Source of the DNA: Candidatus Obscuribacteraceae bacterium
GTDB taxonomy: Bacteria; Cyanobacteriota; Vampirovibrionia; Obscuribacterales; Obscuribacteraceae
Assembly: GCA_044226015.1 (NCBI GenBank)
Contig: JBGAHS010000003.1
Coordinates: 224,001-288,000 of the forward strand
DNA: 64,000 nucleotides
Reading direction: 5' to 3'
Each line of letters opens with the position of its first letter. The stretch's first letter is position 1. Positions 41,001 to 49,006 of this stretch are shown one piece after another. A model generated the notes under the pieces. The model did not search any database, had not been told where the DNA came from, and saw only the letters and a program-made list of their open reading frames with translations. The translations under genes and the position numbers were made by a program.

Positions 41001-43494
41001 CACAGACTGGGTCGATGGAGAGGCTCAACGAATGGGGCTTTCGCAACTAGATCTTCTGGACAAAATGACAGCCATTTCTAGAATGAGCAGATCATTTTTT
41101 CTTGAAGATGCGCCCCTTGCTGAACTACCTAAAGAGCTTGTGGACAAGATGCTTCGTCTACCACTCTGGAAGTTGGAACCTGCTGTTTCCCTCTGGCAAA
41201 ATCAGGTGCGCCGTAACCTGGGGAATGTCTTGTTTACAGACAGAGCATCTGCAGGTCTTGAGGACGTTCCGCTTGTGAATGATGGCATCGAAGGTATCAA
41301 GAAATGGAACGAAACCGTAAACAACAGAGCATTTCTCGACGAGTTTTACTCGCAACTAGATGAGGCAACTGCAGCTGGCAGAGATGCGCAACTCAGCTCG
41401 TCTTCAAGCCCCTACATGGTAGTCAGACAATACTTCCCTGATCTCGAACCAGGATACGTAAACATCCTTGTTCAAAGCTTGCAAGGAGTAAGCCGGCCGA
41501 AAGACTATGTCGAGAGAATACAGCCTACTGAAATTAGAAATGCACTTCGGCGAATTAGTTTTTCGACTGATGCGAAACAGAACGCATTCGAAAAAACCGG
41601 TATTTTAGTTGCTGGCAACAACTCCTGGGTCAATGCTCAAACGGGTCATGACGGGCGCGCGGTGGTCGCGATGAATCTCCTTTCAGTTTTTGGGAAGCAG
41701 TGGGGACGTTGGCTCGATCTCCAGACCCTGAAGCACGCATTGAATTTAGAGGGTGACACAAAAGCCCGCGAAACACCCAACACTGATGAGCTAGACGAGC
41801 CAATAACAACGGAGCCTCTAAACGTGGCTCAAGCTGTCAGAGGCATGAGCGATGCAAGAAAGGCTGAACTTTTTGGCAGCCTCAGCGAATCACAAACGCA
41901 CACAGCAATACATGATGCCATGTGGATGCTTCAAAAAGTAAAGCGAGAACATGCCGAATGTTTATCGCAATGGTTGTTCAAATATTTTGATCGAGACCCT
42001 GCAGAATTGGGAGTTGTGAACAAAAGATGGCACCGCCTCGAAAGCTCATTTCGCACAGCTCCCTACAGATATGCGGACGTAGTGAATGCAGCAAAGTCGC
42101 ATAACTACGAGAACATTCAACATTCAGAGTTTGCAAAAGAAGCAGCCAAATGGGGCGTTTCCGAAGAGCGCTATCCTGAGTATGAACGCCGCTTTCTGGA
42201 CTCACAAAATTCACCTTTGCCATTTCCTCTAGATAAAGCATGGAAAGTAGGAACATATACAGGAAGGTTTCTGCCCCGCGCTGACGTTCGTGGTGTTTTT
42301 CTTGGACAACACTCCACCTGCTGCCAACACCCAGACAACTCAGCTGGTAATAGCGCCGCGTGGATGGGGCAAGAGCACCCTGCTGCGGGTTTCTTCGTAG
42401 TGGAAAGTGCAACAAAAAAAATTGTTGCACAGTCACTTGTTTGGCAATCAGATAACGGCGGTTTGGTTTTTGACAGCATCGAAGGCAAAAGACCAAAATT
42501 AGTTGAATTGGAAGCCGACCAAAACGCAGCTGCGCAAAACGCGTTAGCACAAAACGCGGCAGCACAGGACGAAGGCGCACAAGACGCAGCTGCGCAAAAC
42601 ATAGCCGCACCAAACATTGGAGCACAAGCAGACACAAGGAATGCAGGCGCGCAGGGTGCAAGGGCTCAAAACATAGGCGCACGACAAGCGGGCGCACAGA
42701 ATACAGGTGACACCGCAAATGGTACCACTGCCCAAGAGAAGAGCAATGAGGCAAAAGCAATCGAACACCTAAAGAAAACGGTGTCCGACATTTATGATGC
42801 AGCAGCAAAAGATCTGATCAAGGACTACTCTAGAATATCCGTCGGCGTGGGGCAAAGCGCAGGAAAAAGTATTGCTGATTTCGATCGCTGGCAAGCAAGC
42901 GAAGCCGAGGAGATCATGGAGACGCCGAAAGATTATTCCGGCTATTCAGATGCAAGAAAGAAGCAGCTTACGATAGCCACAAACGAAAATCCAGTTCAAG
43001 CAGAACCGACTACCCAGGCTAAAACGTGGACTCGTGCCGCAACGCCAACTGACCTGGTTAGTGCCAAGAAGATTGCAGAAGCAGTCTATCCAAGGGGATG
43101 GAACTTTATCTCTCCAGGAGATTGGAATAGGGTTTTGCAATCTAAAGAGAAAGGCGTGATTGGATATGCAACCATGGACACGCGTTCTCACTACATTACT
43201 GACGTTGCGGTACTGCCAGAGTATGGTGGCAAGTCCGTCTTGCTTTTGCGAGATATTCTTTCTGAAGTGAAGCGAATAGGTGGCAACTGGAAAGCGAACG
43301 CTCGCGCAAGCACTTCCTATGAGCTCTTGAAGCGAGCAGAGGCTCTCCGCTGGATCCAGATTGATAGAGAGATTCATCGTCCAGGAATAATGAGCGGCGA
43401 AGACATGTACGACATAATCTTCCATGTACCAGACAGACAAAGAAACAACAACGCGGCAGCACAAGCAAACGAAGCTACAGCTAACACGCAGTAA
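38029..43494 (+). CDS. Giant multidomain effector-like protein with C-terminal GNAT acetyltransferase-like domain (start uncertain)
   Basis: N-terminal hydrophobic G/A-rich region; Trp-containing helical repeats; STCCQHP domain; AQN low-complexity insert; C-terminal VIGYA..ITDVAVLPEY.G. Confidence 0.65.
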   Translation: MQPTLTWNSPPWLYPSHVRLCFFSLVPVVKDLAEQELKLHRVPELLGQSNSEDDSALNVFTRSLAYSAAVGPSIAIGELADKVASKLTDSQQSICTDTVKSVAQMAGVQISPEQYSMGSAKWQAQQLGNAVGMLVPMTLLHKSLAPALPASAGLRSASSGFAYGAILTPTNLDSSSSLADLLAAKTEKGIFTSLTFGVMGASASRIENLLANSKVTNTVAAVLPEIASVHGTKLAAGVLSAIPGGVVSAQTTAWERGDRIASLQDTTESIASLAYVGGVFGAANFFATKPASKAKPEQQVSTSEIPNVIDTHRFILEEPGSRGRLSGDWMETLPRSKDDPFSNCSSLSHRIGIYKEDRISNYFQDERESEYGLKQMYFEHNQLKYFPDRSFASLIKKSPLIDRQFDDSSARNSLHLKYYKLYPGEPGVSLRTRGSILQSSGITEQELAGLIKQHLNTEIQNSSPDTQSKAIDFFLRTDFPPRRLVDLVPLVDERLLHSLTQTELRVDQQDTIIEKWNSLSEKTKEMPLPVLAKLLNYQNALTEEQLASPHVQEYAELLHELDYHAKGYEHNLDDQFIRFYSDRKLSSAEAVGVLRSWKELTPDVKLLPNETLAPIAYNYHLMTPEQRLLPVPELSRYTKIIDDLQLQENGVKQLNSEFADWYIANSPSVDMALFGLNKWTELSPELRNRLHEPELKDRIHDLQRQWKNLSPEHRSSTGTKALNWAHLRANLDVPSSAIPEDYLSWYTVNRPSRAEARKVWRGWKEFTPAVKAMDAPLLFFLAEHWSDIPTAQRQLEPKEIIRQLNLSGEIGKPLNTIDPEFVEWHRQNEPAKKDLRILERTWADLRSDLKTMKGDDLACIARIWSKLNDEQKTRPQAELLHWSKYYEALGTKPQIEEIVKESPSFRNWFEKNSTDNGQSIPNVFAHWSDLTRELRDLGLKETSELIATMFSQPGRNTAGIIRGLELTELSSGKDPEAAKKLLASLKNGSSITDWVDGEAQRMGLSQLDLLDKMTAISRMSRSFFLEDAPLAELPKELVDKMLRLPLWKLEPAVSLWQNQVRRNLGNVLFTDRASAGLEDVPLVNDGIEGIKKWNETVNNRAFLDEFYSQLDEATAAGRDAQLSSSSSPYMVVRQYFPDLEPGYVNILVQSLQGVSRPKDYVERIQPTEIRNALRRISFSTDAKQNAFEKTGILVAGNNSWVNAQTGHDGRAVVAMNLLSVFGKQWGRWLDLQTLKHALNLEGDTKARETPNTDELDEPITTEPLNVAQAVRGMSDARKAELFGSLSESQTHTAIHDAMWMLQKVKREHAECLSQWLFKYFDRDPAELGVVNKRWHRLESSFRTAPYRYADVVNAAKSHNYENIQHSEFAKEAAKWGVSEERYPEYERRFLDSQNSPLPFPLDKAWKVGTYTGRFLPRADVRGVFLGQHSTCCQHPDNSAGNSAAWMGQEHPAAGFFVVESATKKIVAQSLVWQSDNGGLVFDSIEGKRPKLVELEADQNAAAQNALAQNAAAQDEGAQDAAAQNIAAPNIGAQADTRNAGAQGARAQNIGARQAGAQNTGDTANGTTAQEKSNEAKAIEHLKKTVSDIYDAAAKDLIKDYSRISVGVGQSAGKSIADFDRWQASEAEEIMETPKDYSGYSDARKKQLTIATNENPVQAEPTTQAKTWTRAATPTDLVSAKKIAEAVYPRGWNFISPGDWNRVLQSKEKGVIGYATMDTRSHYITDVAVLPEYGGKSVLLLRDILSEVKRIGGNWKANARASTSYELLKRAEALRWIQIDREIHRPGIMSGEDMYDIIFHVPDRQRNNNAAAQANEATANTQ

Positions 43495-43570
43495 AGCAGC
43501 CGGAATAATTCCTGATATCTTTCAAGCAAGAAATGTGATTTTTGAATCTCTCAACACTGTACTTTGTGCT

Positions 43571-43680
43571 GCTCGCCAGGAGCCCTGGGTACTCGCTAAG
43601 AGCGCAGGATATTCGCTAGGAGCGCAGGATATTCGCTAGGAGCGCAGGATATTCATTCGGAGCGCAGGCTTCCAGCCTGC
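43571..43680. repeat. 20-bp tandem repeat ending in a REP-like palindrome
   Basis: ATTCGCTAGGAGCGCAGGAT x~5, then GCAGGCT-TCC-AGCCTGC hairpin. Confidence 0.8.
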
Positions 43681-43789
43681 TTCCACACGCGAAAAGCGCA
43701 GCAACTCCTATTACAAAATTCTGCACATGTACACACCTGCGCCTTCACTCCATATTCACATCGGTATCAATATGATTGGGTAACCACAA

Positions 43790-44293
43790 GTGGAGATTTC
43801 GCGAATGTTAGACAGATTAGACTTCGCTCCGGCTGAAGATCAGCATGAAGAAACGGCGTCAGCCAGATTATCAAATTCAATAATGGATGAGCTTCGCCAG
43901 GTGCAAGCTTCGCAATCAACAAATGATGAACCCAACTTAGACCTGGTTGGATACCGAATCACGCCTCAACACGCACGCAATCTATGCAACGGGTTAAATC
44001 AACTTCAAAACGAGATGTGCCTGCAGGCGTGGAAAAGAGACGGCTACCGAACAAATAGTGAGTTAGACACACACGAAACATTCGGAGAAATGTGGGCTCG
44101 TGAAGAGCGAGAAATGCGTTCGTTTGAGCGCAAACATCATTATCGTCCACTCGACCCAAGAGCACCATGGAACCAAGATCCATCACGCCTGAACGCAGAT
44201 AGAACGGTGCGATGCCTTGGTCCCAACGCACCGAAGTCCAAAGGAGACGAACGATATCGCTGCTCCACAGAAAACAGTGGCGGATTCTGGTAA
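43790..44293 (+). CDS. Hypothetical protein
   Basis: 167-aa ORF, no signal peptide. Confidence 0.55.
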   Translation: MEISRMLDRLDFAPAEDQHEETASARLSNSIMDELRQVQASQSTNDEPNLDLVGYRITPQHARNLCNGLNQLQNEMCLQAWKRDGYRTNSELDTHETFGEMWAREEREMRSFERKHHYRPLDPRAPWNQDPSRLNADRTVRCLGPNAPKSKGDERYRCSTENSGGFW

Positions 44294-44437
44294 GCAGGAA
44301 ATGCCGGAGTGTGATTCAAATTCACTTACATCCTGGAATCAACGATTGTTATTGCTCTTACACACGGTGATGTAACTCCGCTTGCGGCTCCGGTATATCT
44401 CAGGGCGAGTAGCTTAGGGCAAGACATGACTCCTGGT

Positions 44438-46351
44438 CTAACGACTTAGTGCCGCTGCCTCATCTTCGTGGATTTTGGCAGCCTCTAACTCACCCTCGTC
44501 CCTCAGCAGTTGCGCCTGCAACTTGTGAGCATGAGCCGCCATTTCATTGAAGTGCTTATCGCCTTTAGGCATGTCATCTTTCATGTCCGTAAGAGCACGC
44601 AATATAACTCCAACCAACTTCCCGCTCTTCTGGCGATCGCCTCTTCTCATCATAAAGTCGCAAACCTCAAGACTAAATTCGCAATTTGCAAACCGAAGCT
44701 TGGGTTTGTCAACCAAAATTCCAAATGACCCATGTTGTTGAACCAATTGCGCACTTATTGTAATTGCGGGGTCAACTCCTCCGCCTGTCTTTTCGATTGG
44801 TTTTGAATTCCAGATTTCTTCCATCCTTTTGTAATTCTCTTTAGCTTTAGAGAAATTCTCTGTGGTGTCAGAGTCAACATTGCTTAAATAGTAGATAATA
44901 ATGTTCTTCCGAGCTTCTATTTCTTTGTCAGAAACCTGGCCTTTGGTCGCCCGGTGAATTAGTTCTATCGCCTGCTGGTAGCCCTTTTCAAAAAGCTCCT
45001 GGCTTTTAGCCCCCTCTATGTCAGCACGTCGCTCTATCAGCCTCGCCTTCAAGAGCAGGTCATGCTCATTATTTTCATCACAATAATTTGTCGCCTGGTT
45101 CAGTAAGTCAATTACAGTTTTGCGCGACCGGTTCATCAGCTGAGAAATCTCAACAGCTGTATCAACAAGTGAATTCAATTTCTCTGTCCTTACAGCTTCC
45201 TTTGGTTTAGAATCGAGGGCTTTCTGTAAAGCGTAATAACGTGATTTGAGCTCGTTCACTTTGCTTTGCTCTTGAGCCGGAGGTTTAAATTTCTTGTCAG
45301 CCTGGCCTGCATATTGCCTCTGAGACGACTGCAGCAAATGAGAAACTGCAAAAGTACAAACAATAAAAAATGTAGATAAAAGCAAGACAGATACCATCAT
45401 TGGTTTCTTAATTCGCTCTCTGCGCGCCAGAGAAAATTCCTTAACCTCGCTGTCACTCGCGGAAATCTTCTCGAGTTCAGCGGCAATGAAAGCTATGCTT
45501 TCAGGTCTCTCTTCAGGAGCTTTACGAAGACAAAGATCAAGCAACTGCGCCAACTTCAGTTGCGATTCCGTTTGCGTTTTACTCTCAAGCTTGGGAGGCG
45601 CTTCATGCATATGCTTGTACATAAACTCCATGCCACTGCTGGCGGTGAACACGTGCTCTCCTGTTAAACATTCGTACATTAAGCAGCCTAACGAATAGAT
45701 GTCAGACCGGTGATCTACTTTCGAGCCATTGCACTGCTCAGGGCTCATGTACGCCGGGCTACCTAGCAACAGATTCGATCTTGTTAAAGACAAAGAATCT
45801 GTGCCCTGGTCTGGCATCAGCAATCGTGCTATACCGAAGTCAATTACTTTTACCAGCTCACGTCCATCAGGATCCTTCGTCAAAAATATATTGCTGGGCT
45901 TTATGTCACGATGAACAATATTTTTTCCGTGAGCATGAATCAGCCCCTGGCACACCTGCTCAATAATGTTGAAAAATCTCGCGACCGGAAGTGTTGAAAG
46001 CCTAGAAAGCACCGCAGAAAGTGGCTCACCCTCAAGATACTCAAGCACATGATAGGGATTACCATCATCAGTGATACCAGAGGCAAGAATCTTCACAACG
46101 TTTACATGCTCTAGCGAAGCAAGGGCTTTAGCTTCTCGCAAGAACCGTTCATGCAATTCCTCGCTGCGAGCCCCCTCGAAATTCAGCAGCTTCACAGCCA
46201 CTTCGCGTTGAAGAATCATGTCCTTCGCATGTAACACCACCCCCATGCCACCTTGACCGATGACTGTGACTTCACTGAAACGGCCGGGCAAAAATTTCTT
46301 CTGTACTGTCACATCTTGAAGGTCTATGGAAGGGCTTAAGTTATCTTCCAT
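44438..46351 (-). CDS. Hanks-type Ser/Thr protein kinase with TM segment and helical extracellular domain
   Basis: GQGGMG, VAVK, HRDIKPSN, DFG, GSPAYMSPE, DIYSLG; TM after the kinase domain. Confidence 0.95.
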   Translation of the reverse strand: MEDNLSPSIDLQDVTVQKKFLPGRFSEVTVIGQGGMGVVLHAKDMILQREVAVKLLNFEGARSEELHERFLREAKALASLEHVNVVKILASGITDDGNPYHVLEYLEGEPLSAVLSRLSTLPVARFFNIIEQVCQGLIHAHGKNIVHRDIKPSNIFLTKDPDGRELVKVIDFGIARLLMPDQGTDSLSLTRSNLLLGSPAYMSPEQCNGSKVDHRSDIYSLGCLMYECLTGEHVFTASSGMEFMYKHMHEAPPKLESKTQTESQLKLAQLLDLCLRKAPEERPESIAFIAAELEKISASDSEVKEFSLARRERIKKPMMVSVLLLSTFFIVCTFAVSHLLQSSQRQYAGQADKKFKPPAQEQSKVNELKSRYYALQKALDSKPKEAVRTEKLNSLVDTAVEISQLMNRSRKTVIDLLNQATNYCDENNEHDLLLKARLIERRADIEGAKSQELFEKGYQQAIELIHRATKGQVSDKEIEARKNIIIYYLSNVDSDTTENFSKAKENYKRMEEIWNSKPIEKTGGGVDPAITISAQLVQQHGSFGILVDKPKLRFANCEFSLEVCDFMMRRGDRQKSGKLVGVILRALTDMKDDMPKGDKHFNEMAAHAHKLQAQLLRDEGELEAAKIHEDEAAALSR

Positions 46352-46629
46352 TCAAGCGCGCTCCTGTCACCGCTATTAACATATGCCCGCTCGACCGCTA
46401 CTGATTTACATTCTCGGGTATTTTCTTGCTTTATACGCACAAGATTCGGTGGACCACTGGATGGAAGATTGCTTCCGCTTTGTCAGCTTGTGCACAAAGG
46501 AGCCAGCAATCGACATTGGGTGCCTGGAAGAGGGACCATCAGCTTCGTCAACATGGGCTCCCCCAAATATCAAAATCTCTGAGCCAAGTCAAAATCGAAT
46601 GGACCTTCGGAAATCGCTGAATCTCCAAA

Positions 46630-46666
46630 ACCAAAGAGAAGAGCCGAGGCTCTTCTCTCTGTTGGT
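46630..46666 (-). terminator. Terminator of pilin copy 5
   Basis: AGAGAAGAGCC-ga-GGCTCTTCTCT hairpin. Confidence 0.7.
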
Positions 46667-46684
46667 ATTGAGGCGTGGTTAAAA

Positions 46685-47128
46685 TTAGCTGAACAGATTA
46701 GCGTCACGAGCTGAAGCAACGAGCCAGTTGATTGCACCTGGTGTTGCGAGTCCGCCAGTTACACCGGCTGCTCCCCAGAGTACGCGCTTCATTGCGTCCT
46801 GCGTTCCTGCTGCCATGTGCATGAAGCCCATAATCATTGTTGGTCCGCCCCAGGCGATTCCGAGAATTTCCATTCCGTTTGCGATGATGTTCAAAAGTGC
46901 TTCCAGGTTAGCGAGGTTGTTTACGCGCACTGTTCCTGCGGTGTTCACACCTTGAATTACTGTTGCGTCAGCGCCTTGTGGTCCGATTGTACCGTTGGTT
47001 GCACCCTGCAACATTGGGGGCGCACCGGTATCAGCTGTTGAATCAAACGCGTCTTGTGCTAGAGCTGGTCCGGCAAGTGTCAAAACGACTGCTGATGCCA
47101 TTGTTATCTTTGCCAGGTTCTTAATCAT
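46685..47128 (-). CDS. VirB2/TrbC-like pilin, copy 5 (147 aa; 60-bp in-frame deletion)
   Basis: Near-identical to copy 3 but reads TGAPPMLQ where copy 3 has TGAQTNNTGNYTGSQTQQGGSTAAPMLQ. Confidence 0.6.
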   Translation of the reverse strand: MIKNLAKITMASAVVLTLAGPALAQDAFDSTADTGAPPMLQGATNGTIGPQGADATVIQGVNTAGTVRVNNLANLEALLNIIANGMEILGIAWGGPTMIMGFMHMAAGTQDAMKRVLWGAAGVTGGLATPGAINWLVASARDANLFS

Positions 47129-47170
47129 GATGGTAAATCTCTCTTTTGCTTGGGTTTAAAGTGGTTGTTC

Positions 47171-47242
47171 ACTCGAACTCTTCTTTAACGACCCATCCCA
47201 AACTCTTAGGAGGAGAATTTAGAAGACATGACCAAAGTCATG
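47171..47242 (-). promoter_or_regulatory. Upstream element shared by pilin copies 5 and 3
   Basis: 44-bp identity to 34695-34738; CATGAC-CAAA-GTCATG palindrome at 47227-47242. Confidence 0.65.
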
Positions 47243-47315
47243 CCTTCCCCTTGGCGACCCAACACTCGACCAAGCCCAATATCCTTGGCAAAACAGGCTC
47301 GAACGGCGCTCTGGC

Positions 47316-47591
47316 TCACTCTGGCACGTGATGCAACCCGTCGTTGTAGTATTTGTCCTGCTCTTCTTTAGAGCGAATCTTTCTAGAATTAGCTGGCAAC
47401 GAGCCGTCGTGAACTTCGTCATCGGGATTTTTTACTCCCGGGTCATCATCCCTTTTAGATGAGCGAGAGCCCAGGTGCTGAAAAGATTGGGCTTGGACTT
47501 CATGGCTGGAAGCCTCACATAAGGGCTGAATCATGACAAGAGAACAGAAACAGCTCGATAACACAACTGCGTGTCGGAACAAATGCAGCAT
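47316..47591 (-). CDS. Small secreted hypothetical protein
   Basis: AGGAGG RBS, signal-like N-terminus, charged body. Confidence 0.5.
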   Translation of the reverse strand: MLHLFRHAVVLSSCFCSLVMIQPLCEASSHEVQAQSFQHLGSRSSKRDDDPGVKNPDDEVHDGSLPANSRKIRSKEEQDKYYNDGLHHVPE

Positions 47592-47680
47592 AAGATGCCT
47601 CCTAAAGCCGCCGCCAAGCTCAACTCGCTTTCGAGTCTAGACATTAAATCCGAAAACACATAGGGGACATTTACGGCTCA

Positions 47681-47910
47681 CCGTCAGTATCAGGTGCTCA
47701 CAGCCACTATCAGTTGTTCACTGTCACTTTCAATTGCTCACAGTCACTGTCAATTGCTCAGTCAGTATCGGTTGCTCTCCGCCACACTTAATTGCTTAGT
47801 CGTTTTCAGTTGCTCTCCGCCACACTCAATTGCTTAGTCGTTTTCAGTTGCTCTCCGCCACTCAATTGCTTAGTCGTTTTCAGTTGCTCTCCGCCACTCA
47901 ATTGCTCAGT
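47681..47910. repeat. Compound minisatellite (degenerate 20-bp units then 36-38-bp units)
   Basis: GTTGCTCTCCGCCA(CA)CTCAATTGCTTAGTCGTTTTCA x~3.7 from 47771. Confidence 0.85.
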
Positions 47911-47929
47911 AATTTTCTGCCGCGCATCC

Positions 47930-48991
47930 TCAATGTTTATGCCTATGATGAACGTCAGGATAATGCGGATGCGAATGAGTGATTGCTTCGTGGCGATGCC
48001 AATGACTGTGTTCTACGCCTGCAGCGACAGGAAAATCGTGTTCATGCTGATGATGCTCGTCGTGAGTGTGCATGTGCTCATGTTCTTCTTCCAGGTGATG
48101 GTGATCATGTGCGTGGTTCTCAGTTAAATGCAGCCAGACACCATAAGCCATGAAAATCGCAGCAGCCATAAACGACCACGTCAACGATTCGCGAAAGAGG
48201 AAGAGCGACACGATGGCACCAACAAAAGGAGCCGTCGAAAAATAAGCTCCCGTCCTTGCAGTTCCGAGTGAACGCAAAGAATTGATGAAGAGAACAAGGC
48301 TAAGTCCATAACCAACAAAACCAACTAAAAGCCCGAGCCCCAATGAACTGATGCTTGAAGAAGCACCGCCATAAAATGCCAAACAGGTATTTATTGAACC
48401 CGCCACTAAACCTTTGATTGCGGCAAGAAATCTGGCGTCGAGACTTTGAACATTTCTAGTAAGGTTATTGTCTAGCGCCCAACAAAAACACGCCGCAACG
48501 ATAGAAAGAGAACCAGCCTGGAATTGCAGGCTTGATGGTGCGCAAAGCACTACACTGCCAATGACGATTGCAAGCATTCCAATAAAAATGCGAGAATCAA
48601 AATTCTCCCGAAAGAAACACCAGGCAAACAAAGCCGTGAATACAGCTTCAAGGTTAAGCAGTAGCGAAGCTGCCGAGCCAGTGCAAGCCGAGAGCCCGTT
48701 CATCAAGAGCACGGGCGCCGCCATGCCACCACATACAATGGCAGCAAACATCCAGAGCCCTTCCTTGCTAGCAATATAACGAAACTGATCAACGAGATTT
48801 TCGCGTCGGCTCAAGAGCAGCAGCATCAATCCCAGACCCGAACCCAAATACAGAATGCCAGCAAGCAAAGCCGGTTTGAGCTCCCCGGTTAGCAACTTAG
48901 CAAATGGTGTACTTAGCCCAAAGAGAATGGCTGAAAGAAGAGCTATATTAGACGGCGGCAAATGGTGAAGCTTCATAACTCCCTCAAACAC
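47930..48991 (-). CDS. EamA/DMT transporter with His-rich C-terminal tail
   Basis: About 10 TM helices; LLLNLE, WALDNNLTR, GTARTGAYFS; H.H..DEHH.H.H..HYPD.HH.H.H tail. Confidence 0.92.
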   Translation of the reverse strand: MFEGVMKLHHLPPSNIALLSAILFGLSTPFAKLLTGELKPALLAGILYLGSGLGLMLLLLSRRENLVDQFRYIASKEGLWMFAAIVCGGMAAPVLLMNGLSACTGSAASLLLNLEAVFTALFAWCFFRENFDSRIFIGMLAIVIGSVVLCAPSSLQFQAGSLSIVAACFCWALDNNLTRNVQSLDARFLAAIKGLVAGSINTCLAFYGGASSSISSLGLGLLVGFVGYGLSLVLFINSLRSLGTARTGAYFSTAPFVGAIVSLFLFRESLTWSFMAAAIFMAYGVWLHLTENHAHDHHHLEEEHEHMHTHDEHHQHEHDFPVAAGVEHSHWHRHEAITHSHPHYPDVHHRHKH

Positions 48992-49006
48992 AGTTAGTAC
49001 TGAGTT

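Noticed and set aside
37888..46684. Integrative element or prophage with pilin-gene att sites
   Set aside because: No integrase, transposase or phage structural gene; kept only as a possible scar
21238..47128. Integron cassette array or diversity-generating retroelement
   Set aside because: No intI, attC sites or reverse transcriptase; differences between pilin copies are mostly synonymous and not adenine-specific
47663..47669. Sixth GACA-box promoter
   Set aside because: Single GGGGACA without convincing 11-bp-period partners or a downstream gene on that strand
47681..47910. CRISPR array (36-38-bp repeats)
   Set aside because: Units are contiguous with no unique spacers, and no cas genes are in the window; the same applies to the arrays at 33861, 43571 and 59735
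47792..48127. 111-aa Cys/Met-rich ORF
   Set aside because: Composed of the minisatellite and the antisense of the His-rich tail
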